Positions 50,301-61,510 of a stretch of DNA of 64,000 bases are shown here, one piece after another. Source of the DNA: Antedon mediterranea. Its lineage: Eukaryota > Animalia > Echinodermata. The stretch spans positions 5,782,422 through 5,846,421 of the forward strand of contig NC_092678.1 of the NCBI RefSeq assembly GCF_964355755.1. Direction: 5' to 3'. The translations under genes and the position numbers were made by a program. How positions within the stretch are numbered: position 1 is the first letter of the stretch; each line of letters opens with the position of its first letter. Below the pieces are notes generated by a model, which did not search any database, was not told where the DNA came from, and worked only from the letters and a program-made list of their open reading frames with translations.

Positions 50301-53081
50301 TATGGAGAGTCATATGATGTCATCGTGTCCACATTTTTTGTCACATAGTTTGATAGTGTAGACACACCTTACTAGGGTATGAAGTTGAACCTATTACAGA
50401 ATACATTGAAAATGTATTATAATTCAGTTAAGGACATTTGGTTTAGACCCCATACGGCTCACAACAGCCACAGTTCAGCACCTACTATGATCAGTAAACC
50501 GGGAGACAATCACTTTTTTTAATAGTGTACCAAGTTCATTATTGTGCATTGTATGTACATCAGATTTACGTCCCATCTGGAGGACGAGGCAATGAGATTA
50601 AAGCATCTTGCCTTAAGGTTACAATCAATATAGCACATCTCGAACCTATTCCTCTCACAAGCTAGATTCCCTTATCATTACAACATGACATTATGCAGTT
50701 GGCAACTCCCTTATTATCTTACGACAGATTTGACTGAAGACATGTGTTGGAGGTGTACACGCCTGTAATCGTTTTTTTACTTACCTGTCACCTTGTCAGG
50801 ATTGTCAATCATGAAGTTGCCATTCCAGCGAACTTTCAGTACAATAGGCTTCTCTTGTTCTTGGTCGGAATACGAATACTATTAAAACAAACAGAAAAGC
50901 CCATGTAGTACAAACCGTTTCTATGCATGTTAATGCAGTTTACGCAAAAGTTTCACACAGAAAATAAATTCATTTTTTAAGGAATATTCTTAAACAATGT
51001 TGACAGGAATTGCACTGGGAAGCTACATTTGAAAACCATCTAGGAAGGGCAAAGGGGAATTTTCTAGATGAGGGAAGATTAAACTTTTCAACTATACACC
51101 TATAATTCACAAACTATTACAAATTGCCACTTATATTGAAGTAATTGCATTATCATTGTTGAGCACAAGACAGCAATTATAAAACCTGATTAAAACTCGA
51201 CATGCGATGTTCCGACTGTAAAACATTGATTTCTCCACTGGCAATTCCAACAAACATAACCATGGACATGCTCCAGTGACTTTTGAACAATGCGAGTTAA
51301 CACGTGAATGTTTTAATTCACACTTAATGACAGATAACTACTTTAATTACGCTTTTCCAGCATACTTTTTAACGAGTTATGTACGTGAGACACACACAGT
51401 ATGTTAAATGCATTGTTATTTTAATACATTATTAAAGCATAAGCATTTATATGTACTTTTCGAATTATCAATCTGGGAAAACGATATAAAAATTTACTGA
51501 AATATTTATGACTTTTAAAATCTTTAACTAGGTAAAGTTAAATAAAGTTAATTATAAAACAAATTCTAATGCATGATGTTATTAAATTTATTAAATATTT
51601 CTATTTTATTAATAATACACATATATTTACACATTATATATGCATTGCATTATATGCGATAAGTTTAATTTATAAAATATTTGACAAATGAATATATATT
51701 TAAAATACAAATTCAATATTTACATTGTATGCGATATGTTCCAATTTTCCCAATAACAAATTATTTTATAAATGGATAAATTAAAATTACAAATCTATTT
51801 CAATATTTACATTGTACGTGATATGTTCCAATTTTTTCAATCCGATAATATGTAAAATGTTTTTTTATGTTACGCTTATTTATCCTTGAGATTGTGTTTA
51901 TTTTCCACGATTTCGAGGAAAATCAGAAACGTCGCATTAAATGCAATTAGCAGATTTTCCGGTTCTCACAGAGCACTTAGTGCTCGGTAAATGATCATAA
52001 ACATAGATTGAAAATATGACAGAAGTAGTGAATGTAATTATAACACTTAAAGTCCGAGTGTTTGCAGAAGGAATGCAGGTCAACTGTCATATACAAATTG
52101 AATTTTATGTAATAATTCCAGCTTAAAAGTCTAAAAATTAGGACATTTGGAACTGAATTAGAAACTTGTGACCTTAGAATCACTGTGGGTACAACACAAG
52201 CATGTAACAAATCCTGTACGTGACAGAAAGTAGGCCTATTGGCTCGGTGTCAAAACGCAATATTTACGACACCTACGGCTACAGCTTAGGTAAATCATGC
52301 ATTAGGTCATTTGTCCAAAGTTGTCGTCCACTGAAATTGACGCAACTGGCGGCAACTCAATGTCGACTGTAAAATAGGTTTAAAATATAAGCATTTTATA
52401 TTATGATTTTAAATAAAACATGGTAAATAAAATGTTCATAGGCCTACCTGTTTTGGTTCGCATCTAATGGTATTATTGACCATAACTTCTGCTCTTACAA
52501 CTTCTTCACCTATAACACATTCATATCCCTCTTGGCCAGTCTGAACAAATCATCATATTAATCAGGTATTTAGCAGCAATTTATTATTTAAAAGTGCAGA
52601 CAATTAGAATTTCTAACATAACATTTTTTCCATAGGGTAACGCCATGTCCAGAGGCTAATGAAAAGGTGCTACTTTAAACTCTACAAAACATGGACCATA
52701 TGGACTAATAAGTATTTCTTGCATATTGTGAAAAATATTATGAAAAATATTATGAAAAAATAAAATAAAAATAGTGTAATTTGAACGTAGGAATAATTAA
52801 ACAAAGAAATATGTGGTCTAAATGTAGAGTGCCACTATTTCAACAGAAGAATCTCAGTTGGAAAATTAAATATTTCAGTATTTTGTGTTAGTAATGATAC
52901 AAATATTTTGATATTTAGAAAAAAAAGAAAAAAACACCTCAGTTACCTCAAGCATAGGCAAGTTCTGCGCCACAACCTCAATGGGTCGTTTTGTGTCCAC
53001 AGACAAGAGAATCTCTGTATCGCGTTTCTTTAAACGAGGGCATTTGTCAGGTCCAAATTTGGTTGCGTTGGTTTGTGCGTT
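35241..53081 (-). CDS. PLXNA: Plexin-A-like gene, 3' part (PSI, IPT/TIG domains, TM, split RasGAP/RBD cytoplasmic region); spliced, 5' partial
   Basis: 22 exons with GT-AG ends and consistent phases sum to 3,489 nt (1,163 codons), plus a last exon. Hallmark motifs [68 protein letters not shown]. The A-class assignment comes from remembered similarity, not a tree. Confidence 0.93.
35466..35585 (-). CDS. PLXNA: Plexin proximal alternative last exon ([39 protein letters not shown])
   Basis: Acceptor cttttccgtctcacag, phase 0; contains QKLAYKL as in vertebrate plexin-A tails. Not in the ORF track. Confidence 0.85.
   Translation of the reverse strand: MMPKLEEDEIAQEQKLAYKLSEVEIAMGDLYSYTLPLKS
36030..36130 (+). 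repeat. 52-bp tandem duplication in intron
   Basis: cttccttcatcttcccgcactctctccctgtctccccagcgcaacccca occurs twice. Confidence 0.85.
37278..37431 (-). CDS. PLXNA: Plexin exon ([16 protein letters not shown]...YVRKYREI)
   Basis: cag/gtgagt ends; phase 2 to 0. Confidence 0.92.
37805..38017 (-). CDS. PLXNA: Plexin GAP exon ([13 protein letters not shown]...[16 protein letters not shown])
   Basis: cag/gtaag ends; conserved LRFW motif. Confidence 0.95.
38496..38665 (-). CDS. PLXNA: Plexin exon ([11 protein letters not shown]...HAWKSN)
   Basis: cag/gtaag ends; phase 0 to 2. Confidence 0.95.
39037..39218 (-). CDS. PLXNA: Plexin exon (NSHVTSSP...[14 protein letters not shown])
   Basis: cag/gtaat ends; phase 1 to 0. 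Confidence 0.93.
39526..39598 (-). CDS. PLXNA: Plexin exon ([24 protein letters not shown])
   Basis: ttcag/gtaag ends; phase 0 to 1 bridges its neighbours. Confidence 0.85.
39808..40155 (-). mobile_element. tRNA-derived SINE with V/Meta-type central domain and (aaac)n tail
   Basis: Minus strand: A box tggccgagcgg, B box ggttcgaggc, body tcggataaggactataaaccgtaggtcc...ttaaagaacc. Degraded relatives at about 50,440-50,650 and 58,340. Confidence 0.75.
40846..40946 (-). CDS. PLXNA: Plexin RBD exon ([33 protein letters not shown])
   Basis: tag/gtaag ends; phase 1 to 0. Confidence 0.93.
41024..41187. mobile_element. PIF/Harbinger-type MITE (shorter copy at about 50,264-50,370)
   Basis: TIR agctctatctacactatca / tgatagtgtagacagagct, flanked by tta/taa. 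Confidence 0.7.
41343..41499 (-). CDS. PLXNA: Plexin RBD exon (NIYAIGLDP...[30 protein letters not shown])
   Basis: cag/gttag ends; phase 0 to 1. Confidence 0.93.
41599..41812 (-). CDS. PLXNA: Plexin exon ([12 protein letters not shown]...[16 protein letters not shown])
   Basis: cag/gtaaa ends; phase 2 to 0. Confidence 0.95.
42143..43097. mobile_element. 955-bp non-autonomous DNA transposon with TAG...CTA ends and a 9-bp target-site duplication (Academ- or Mutator-like)
   Basis: TSD tggtaaaat at 42,134-42,142 and 43,098-43,106; ends tagtctgg-gtt-ccagac and gacttg-ggg-caagtcta. Confidence 0.78.
43421..43686 (-). CDS. PLXNA: Plexin GAP exon (ENGVRSEK...[12 protein letters not shown]...LLMR)
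   Basis: cag/gtagc ends; phase 0 to 2. Confidence 0.95.
43851..43996 (-). CDS. PLXNA: Plexin exon (FAELQIEIE...[17 protein letters not shown])
   Basis: cag/gtaag ends; phase 1 to 0. Confidence 0.93.
44552..44620. mobile_element. Tc1/mariner(pogo)-type mini MITE; relatives at about 41,220, 46,300-46,405, 53,235, 54,225, 55,520-55,675 and 57,100-57,240
   Basis: cagtagaatctctattaaagggacac ... gtgtccctttaataggagttctatt inverted ends after TA. Confidence 0.65.
44646..44880 (-). CDS. PLXNA: Plexin transmembrane/juxtamembrane exon
   Basis: [11 protein letters not shown]...[21 protein letters not shown]...[15 protein letters not shown]; tag/gtata ends. Confidence 0.93.
45100..45261 (-). CDS. PLXNA: Plexin IPT exon ([22 protein letters not shown]...LTCKPP)
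   Basis: tag/gtaag ends; phase 0 to 0. Confidence 0.9.
45622..45873 (-). CDS. PLXNA: Plexin IPT exon (ECFNASS...MTCKAP...YGFILDGV...FEYFVDP)
   Basis: cag/gtaag ends; phase 0 to 0. Confidence 0.9.
46429..46522 (-). CDS. PLXNA: Plexin IPT exon ([14 protein letters not shown])
   Basis: tag/gtagg ends; phase 2 to 0. Confidence 0.88.
46851..47021 (-). CDS. PLXNA: Plexin IPT exon (TIHCVTSP...[12 protein letters not shown])
   Basis: tag/gtgaa ends; phase 2 to 2. Confidence 0.88.
47150..47286 (-). CDS. PLXNA: Plexin IPT exon ([24 protein letters not shown])
   Basis: tag/gtaag ends; phase 0 to 2. Confidence 0.9.
47564..47678 (-). CDS. PLXNA: Plexin IPT exon (LQCTLSS...YSFV)
   Basis: cag/gtaag ends; phase 2 to 0. 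Confidence 0.85.
48032..48180 (-). CDS. PLXNA: Plexin IPT exon ([22 protein letters not shown])
   Basis: cag/gtaag ends; phase 0 to 2. Confidence 0.92.
48245..49170. repeat. Intronic compound microsatellite (ggt/gtt/agt/aat triplets; ggtggtagtaatgtt-like units)
   Basis: Low-complexity triplet mosaic; source of several spurious ORFs. Confidence 0.92.
50043..50218 (-). CDS. PLXNA: Plexin PSI-domain exon ([26 protein letters not shown]...CPNPKI)
   Basis: PSI cysteine pattern; tag/gtaag ends. Confidence 0.93.
50785..50878 (-). CDS. PLXNA: Plexin exon (YSYSDQ...[12 protein letters not shown])
   Basis: tag/gtaag ends; WNGNFxIDNP motif as in plexin-A. Confidence 0.9.
52448..52540 (-). CDS. PLXNA: Plexin exon ([11 protein letters not shown]...TIRCEPKQ)
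   Basis: cag/gtagg ends; phase 0 to 0. Confidence 0.88.
52947..53081 (-). CDS. PLXNA: Most 5' plexin exon recognised (GPDKCPRL...[10 protein letters not shown])
   Basis: tag/gtaac ends; phase 0 to 0; no further plexin exon recognised up to 64,000. Confidence 0.88.
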
Positions 53082-56000
53082 CTAGAAGAAATAAGAATCA
53101 AATTGTTGCTGATTAATTATAATAAATTAAAAATGAAAACTATTTATTATTAATTATATTAATAAATTTGAAATAAAATACATATAAATGTGCAAATATA
53201 AATAAGATTATACTGGTAAACAATTAAATCTACTATACAAACACTTCTATTAAGAGGAAACTTTCTCATGAAACTAACAAGAGGAAATGATAGGGTTACC
53301 CCAACATAAAACCCCAAGGAGTTCTACTGTATTTTTTAAGTCAGGACAGATCTAACAATTTAAAAAACTATTTGAGAAAGATCATTAAAAGAAGAAAACA
53401 AAATTTAAATTATTTAATTACTTTTATTTTATGATTAAACAAGAATGAATAACGTTTAATTTATGAAACATTAGACAAAAAAACTATTCAAAAAACATTA
53501 AATTACTATTTTAAAAAGAAAAATTTAAGAGCTACTATTTTAATAAAATGGACAAATACATTTAAATCCATTATGAATAATGAATTGATGGATTGTTATT
53601 GTCCGATAGTCTAAGAGACTACTAATTATAAATCAAGCATTCAAATATTTTTCATTTTAAATTTACCCGATCTAAGATTTTATAAAAAGAATTATCAAGT
53701 GTATCAATTCAACGTTTGAAAATTATATTTAAATTTTGAGAAATCTATTGTTATAAAATTCAAAATTAAATGAATAAAAATTGAACTTTAATAAATGAAA
53801 ATGACATATTATTGTAATCTACAGAAAGGATTTAAGTAAATTAAAGTAAAAATTAAATAATTGATTTTATAATTCACAAATAGAATAAATAAAGTAAAAT
53901 TTAAATGATGGAGTGCGGGAATGATTGTCTGACCAAATCTATGGCACCTAAATGAGCGACATTAATAATCTTTTGAGCACAAATTTCCTTTGCTTTCAAA
54001 AGAGCATTATAATAGCAATATTAACATCTTTAAAGATAAATCGTCGATTACTTTAAAAATTAGAAAAATATTGATTAATTAAAAATTTAATTTATATGTT
54101 TTTATTACCATTTTTTCATCAATAATTTTGTATGCAATTCAATTTAGACTTTTCCTTTTGATTTCAAAATAGAAAAAACTCAATTGGGTGTTTGAGAAAT
54201 AAATGTGTTATATATTTTGTCTACACAGTAGAGCACCACTATTAAGGGGACACACCTTCAGAAAAAATCAATGTGTTCCCAAATAGGAGTTTCTACATTA
54301 GATTCAATGTAAATAATTTGTGGTTAATAATCTGTAAATTGTTTTTTTTTTCAGTAGAAATAGGCTCCAAAAAATATAATTATCATTCCATTAAAGCAAA
54401 AACAAAATATTGTAGTTATATTTTAGTTTTATTTTAGAATCAATTTGATTTTTGACATATCATTTGTAAATTGTCAATTTCTGTTGGATTTTATTATGGA
54501 AAGTTAATAAATTATTTATAATTACAGTGAATTGAATTTGTTTTTTTGTTGTTATTGAGTCGGGAATTTAAAGTTAAGAGAGACAATCTATCCATACAAA
54601 TAATTGCATTTATCAAAAAGATAAGAGGTACCGTGTGTATCATATTAAAATCAATAGATTCAGAAAATAGAATTTTGACAGAGAATAGGGAAGAAGAAAT
54701 ACATCATATATTTATTGATTTGATGAATATCTTCAACTTAAGGCTTTTCTTTCAACTTGATCAGAATTCAATCATATTATTTACATAATACATGTACCAT
54801 TCTGCATTGTCTTGTCTTAATTTTTATATACATATTCTCAAATCATTTTTATAATAGTGTTTGTATAAGAATATTTTTATGCTCAAAAGATGTCATGTCC
54901 ACAGAAGAAAAACTATTAGTAAATTAATTATTTAAATTAATAATTAAAAATTCAGTTTTTAGATAATCTATACAATTTTCAAATGATGAAATGTACCCAG
55001 AAAGAAAACAAAACTATTAATAAACATTATTATATATAATCACAATTTAAATATTCTTTTTATGGGAATACATCAAATATTAAATATATATATATATGCA
55101 TTTTTTAAATTAGTATATTATTTTTGTTACTATTTAAGAACAAAAAATCGTATAAAATATATTCAAATTTATGCGTCAGTAATGTGATGATTGTATTGCG
55201 TCTACAAAATTAATTTGCTTAATTTATGTAAATTAGTTACTGTTCTAATGTATTAGATAAACATGCATCCCTTGCATTATAATTAAACAATAAACCACAA
55301 AATAGTTCCTCCTCCAATTAAAGACCATTTTAGTACTAGAATTTTAGTGATATTAGCATTTTGGTCTCTTATTAGAGTCACTAAGAATGAGTTAAAAGAA
55401 ATTTAACTAAGTAAGGCCTTTAATTAGAGGCAAACCTATATGTTATTAGTGGTAAATTATCCATACTATACATAAGTGATATTGTATTATCATTTTTTTT
55501 ATTTGATAAATATATATCCACATTAGAACTCCTATTAAGAGGACACCTTTGGGACCCAACAAAGGTTTGCTCGTTAAAACATATTGAAAAGTGTCTCCTT
55601 AATAGGGTGTCCCCTTAATGGGGGTGTCCCCTTAATGGGGGTGTCCCCTGAATGAAGAAAGAGCGGTTCTACTGTGGTTTTAATTATTTTAATGAAAAAT
55701 TCTAAATCTATAACAAAATTAACAACAAATATAGTTCAAAAATCTGAAATGAAAAACATTTAAATTAATTGCATAAATTAGGCAGCGTATGTTAACAACA
55801 AGAGCATTCAACACTACAAACTAGCGTATCAGTAGTACAGGTTTCGGTTCTACATAGGGTTAGCAGCTAAGTACTGTGTGTCCAGTTGGTGTAAGTGTAT
55901 AAAAGGTTAAATTATTAATTTCAAAATATAAAATAAAATATTAATATTAAGTTAGGAGATATGAAGTCATGCGGTTAAAGGCAGATAATTCTCGCGCTAA

Positions 56001-59000
56001 CGTACACGCGTAACTCGCAGTACAGTTACCAGAGAGAGAAATTCAAAACAACGCTGGGATGACCATTATAAAAGTACATAATTTCAATTTTTAAAATTAA
56101 ATTCATCAATGTGGAAACATGTCTCTCACCGCGCTGCCATCCCCCCACCCCCTAACCCTCTTTTGAATTCACCCCTGGTAATTGTCCAAGGAATGTTTTT
56201 TGGCACCTTTCGAAGACTTTTGTCATTGCTCTTCTTTTATTTTTACCATTATTTTCCTGCCATCAATAAACTTTTAAAAACTTAATTTTTCTACTAGTCA
56301 TGAACCAATCAATAATTAATTACAAAGTAATCAATCAATCAATAAACAAATACGTGATCAGTATTAATCAAATCAATTCTACTTTTAGAAATGACAACAT
56401 AGACAACCAAACAATTCATGAAATACAAAAATACACAAAAAATTTTTGAAAACATAGGAAATCCTTGAATGAACAAAAAAAAACCATTTATATATCATAA
56501 CTTGTTTTCCAAGTAAAATCTGTAAACAAAATTGTTCCTGGCGTCATTTAAATACAGTACATGCCACGAAATAACAACTAATGTAAAACAAGCAAAAAAA
56601 AACACAACAAAATCACTCAAGGATACAAAACAAACATTTCAATCAAACGTGTTAGCCAACAATAACCAAATCGTCACTGATATTATTTCAGACCACTATA
56701 AAAATATCCACGAGATCATACAATAAATCACATTTTTTTCTTAACGATTTGTATGCAATATTGTTACCATGGTAATACTAATAACCATCGACGTTATCAA
56801 TTCTAATAATACTGACATAATATCTATCTAAACCTACAGTTTTATCTTTGATTATTTTATATATTATATTTACTTGGTAATCATAAACAAAATGTGCAAA
56901 GCTTTTGAGAATATGAAAACAGCTACATATTTTATAAAAACATCCTCATTTGAACTTTGACATACAGTGATCTATAAGTATAATATTAAGTTTATAAAAA
57001 TTGCACAGCAAGTGTGGTATTTCAGTCTAGGAAAGGTTGCTGTGGGTATAAAAACAAAATACAGTAAAACAACTCATTTGGGGAACCCCAATTTAGTGAA
57101 TGCACCTATTCAGAGGACACTTTCCTGTGAAACAACAAGGAAAAAATAGATGTTTTAACACTACAGGTAACACTTATTCCGAGGACACCGCTATTAAAGA
57201 ACACCCCTTTTAAGGGAAAACTTTGACAGGTCCCGAAGGAAACAATGTCAGCTATCACAAAACGACTGTTTTACAAAAACTGTCCAAAAATCTCCTATAA
57301 AGAAAGTTCTTGTCATTCTTCTACATTTATAATAAACAAATTTGATATCAGACTTAATATATCAAACTGAATTTTCGTTTTATCTGCTATTTCTTTGAAG
57401 TTACTGTCAGAGTTTGTGACAGGACAAGTTAGTATTAAATTCAGATTTTCTTTAATACTATAATATGCGATAGACATGTGATAAGATACATATGCCTATA
57501 ATGTCTATAAATACAGTACTAGCTGATACCGAACTCTTGAAACAAGTAGTTACTAGCATCAAGGCCTTGTACTAACAACCAAGCTTCGATAGGCAGAACT
57601 CTAAGACACACTAAAGAAAGCACTTATTTCAGGCACTATAAATCACTACAAATGGCCAATTCTTGCGAAACTGGTATGGCATCAGGTTGTCTCCTCTTTC
57701 GAGAACTCTCTCGCAGAGCAGAACTTGTAGAAAAAGGAATAGGAGAAACAACAGTTCCATTGGAGCAAGGCAGTCTAACAACAGGATGCTGAGCTCCGGG
57801 GATCAAAGGTTTTATCTGTGGCTGTGACACGAGCAGTTCCATGCCCCTTAACAGACACTGCACGCCACAAAGAATATGTAGATAGTACAGTACTGTTGGT
57901 ATTTGTCGCAGCCAGACATAAGATCAAAGGACTGTTAAAGAGTTCTTATCTTGGCAAGGCAAGCTCAGTGTCTTGTTAGATTGTCTTTATATTTAATAAA
58001 CTATTTTTTTGTTGTTTCAGTGCTACATACATGCAATTCTAAACTCATAAATTCCAAAATTCTAAACTATGGAATTTGTATTGCCTTCAGGACTACACCC
58101 ACACAAATAGCTAAATTGTAATATGATTAAATGTTACTAAAAGCCTCAAGTAAAACATTCATAGTAGACAATATGCTTCAAATTTTTTTCCAAAGGGAGA
58201 ACTACACCTCAAAATATCTTTACAACATCTCTTCATGGTGTAATAGTATTACAGAGATCATGTGAAAGAGTTTGAACCTATTGGTGCCATATTGATTATA
58301 TCCTTATGCAAGGTACAAATACTATTAATAGCTTTGTCCTCCAAAGTGCACGTTAAAGAACTCGGTACGGTGATCTTTGTTAGGCGTTGCACTCTGCTAT
58401 GAGTACCCAATACAAATTGCCAGTTTCTAGTCAAACCGAGGTTGACTACAAATATATTTACCACATTGTTGGAGAGACACACCTTACCGGTGACAGCGTT
58501 TTGTTTAATGCTTTTGTCTTTCCTCAGCCTCGTGTCTGTTTTTCATATATATATATATATATATATTTCTATGTTTTTTGTTTTTTTGTTGTAATTATTA
58601 TTTTATGTTTATTGCCGAAATGAATAAAATAAAATTAAAATAATAGCGCCATCAATCAATTATAAAACTCTTGTCGAGTTTTACCAAGAATTAAGAAATC
58701 TATGCGTAAATCTAAAAAATTATTTTGACCAGAAAATATGCAAATGAGGTTTTGAACGACAGTGGACTTATATACCAATCAGCAGTGCAGTATAGAAATA
58801 ATATTTGTATATGAATCCTATGTGCAAAAGTGAAGTTATTTTATTTTTCTATGTGCATGATGGGTATAATACTATACTGTTTCTAGTATGTTTAAGTATA
58901 CACTTAAAAAAACATAAAACAGAAGAACCATAAACAAAACGGCATAAAGAAAGAAAATTGACATGCCCTTCATTGAATAAATCATCTTGGACTATTAAAT

Positions 59001-59439
59001 TTTAAATAAAGACTGGTGATTTATTTTAGACGCACATAATTCAGTGGTGTTTTGTTTCTTACTGGACATCAATAACTCTAAGTAATAATTCATACCTGTA
59101 ATTATTATGTCACCCACTCTACTACATTTTTCTTGGACACACGTGTTAATAATTTAATCTCCTGATTTTCAAATAATATGAATAACAACATTAATAACAA
59201 CAGCTACTCAAAACCGTTGAACAATAAACACACAATCCTGCCACACACCATGATTTTCTTGCCGAGGTGTTTTTTCAAAGGATCATAAAATCTAAACATT
59301 GCTGGGTATGACCAACTAGCGTTCATGTTCCCAATTAATCATCCATTCATAGAAAGTAATAACAAAGAAGTCAATCTCTAGCAATTTTGGAATAAACCAA
59401 AAACCCCACAATCTTCATTAATTCATCTTTTTTTGGAAC

Positions 59440-60070
59440 TTTATTCCAAGCTCCAATCTGTTCCTACTTCATTCCAAGTCCTATCCCCCACTTCATTCCA
59501 AGTCATATTTCAACATCATTCCAAGTCCTATCCCCTATAATACTACTTAATTCCAAGCCAAATCTCCACATCCATATCAGTCCTATTTCCGTGATACTAC
59601 ATCATCTCTAATCTCTTGGTACTTCATTCCAAGCTCCACCCATTCCAAGTCCTATTCCCACATCATTCCAAGCCCTACTCTCTTGGTACTTCATTCTAAT
59701 CTTGGTACTCCATTCCAAGTCCGATTCTTACATCATTCCAAGCCGTATGCCCTTGATACTACTCATTCCAAGCTCCACTGCCTTCATCTCTAGCCCAACT
59801 CCTTTCATCTCAAGCCCCACTGCCTTCATCTCTAGCCCAACTCCTTTCATCTCAAGCCCCACTGCCTTCATCTCAAGCCCCACTCCTTTTATCTCAAGCC
59901 CCACTGCCTTCATCTCAAGCCCCACTCCTTTCATCTCAAGCCCCACTGCCTTCATCTCAAGCCCCACTCCTTTCATCTCAAGCCCCACTGCCTTCATCTC
60001 TAGCCCCACTGCCTTCATCTCAAGCCCCACTCCTTTCATCCTAAGCACTACTCACTTCATCCCAAGCCCA
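59440..60070 (+). repeat. 21-bp minisatellite catctcaagccccact(g/c)c(c/t)tt with a degenerate cattccaag 5' part
   Basis: About 14 regular copies at 59,770-60,070, alternating two variants. Confidence 0.9.
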
Positions 60071-61292
60071 CTTTTTGTTTCATAACTGAATAACAGTCCA
60101 TCATTGGCAATTAAATTTGAACAATGATTGTTTGCAAAATAAAGATCTGATCTTCACTTGTTAATGGATTAACCAAATTACATTTTCATAACCTTAGATT
60201 TAATGCATATTTGATGTGATTGTATAATAATGTTAGCTTTAAGCTTAATGGCATTTTAACAAGGACGGCATGCCGATACTCATCTCTACCAATCCCGAAG
60301 GAACTAAACATGGATTCCAAAACACTCTTGCGGTTTTCCTGAACAAGATCCTGTTCCCAGGGAATTGCAGTTTTTGTTCTTATATTACTTCTATTTCCAT
60401 TTGAAATGTGCAAGAATTACTAAATTTCAAATTAAACTAATAAAATATTCAAGAGAACTAGATTTTTTTCTGATTGCCATTAAGTTTAGAGAAAGCACAT
60501 TTGAACCTGTTCAGTCAATGGTGCTATAAAAATGTGGTATTTATCTTATATCTATACAGAATTGAACAATCGCCTAAAATCATTTCATAATATAACATAC
60601 GTCAAATAGCTGTTATTTCTTATCCCACCACTAAGTTAATGGAAACGCATACCATTTGCGTATTTAGCACCAAATTATATTTATTGTTTGCATGTTAGCA
60701 CATAATCGTTAGTGTTGCATGGATATACGATACCACACATATACGAAACACCGCTGCACCAACCATGTCCCGTATCATCTACACACATAGAATTCATTTT
60801 ATACAATCAAGTCTTTAACGCCATCACACAAGAACATTAAAAAACAGCTAATAATGACACCTGCATGCAAATAATACACACACAATTCAATAATAAACAA
60901 ATTCACAGAAATACTAAACACAAAATGCCAACCAAGATCTTTTAGCATATAAAATGCTGCAACGTTATGTAAATAAATTAACTAATTCGACATTAAATGG
61001 TGCCTTATAAAAACCAAACAAGAGGCTGCAAATTTAAAACACATATTTAAACCACAAAAAAAAACAATCTCATCATAAAAAGTATAATTTCAAACGCTTA
61101 GGTTTCCCTAATACAGTAAAAACTATATCATACTATATAAAATTCTCCTGAAAATCAGCAAAAAATAAAATACCCCAAAAATAATAAAGAAAGCGTGTTT
61201 AATGGTGACAATTGTGTTGCGCCGCATTGGTGATTAGAGAACGAGAAACGTGAACAGATAACATACTCGCATGCATAACAAGACAGGAATAA

Positions 61293-61510
61293 AGTGTCTT
61301 TCACACCTGCTCCGGTCCAGTTCAAGTCCGGCTCCGCCAAATAAAATCGCATCTCAATGTTTTCGTTTTCACAACGCTCCACACAGCTAGCAACCAATCT
61401 TTTTACTTGTTATGCACGTAACTGCATGGTGCGTTGTGAAAACGAAAGGTTCCCAATGCTGTACACGCAATCTGACGTGAACCGGGACCGGAGCAGGTGT
61501 GAAGGACCCT
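61293..61510. mobile_element. PIF/Harbinger-type MITE with TAA duplication (related end at about 28,467)
   Basis: TIR tctttcacacctgctccggtcc / ggaccggagcaggtgtgaagga; taa on both sides. Confidence 0.72.

Noticed and set aside
59096-59150. Minus-strand NTCVQEKCSRVGDIIITG as the end of a plexin PSI exon
   Set aside because: No upstream CxWC motif, and the donor phase (1) does not match the phase-0 acceptor at 53,081.
59702-60085. ORFs FISSPT / GLEMKAV repeats
   Set aside because: 21-bp minisatellite open on both strands.
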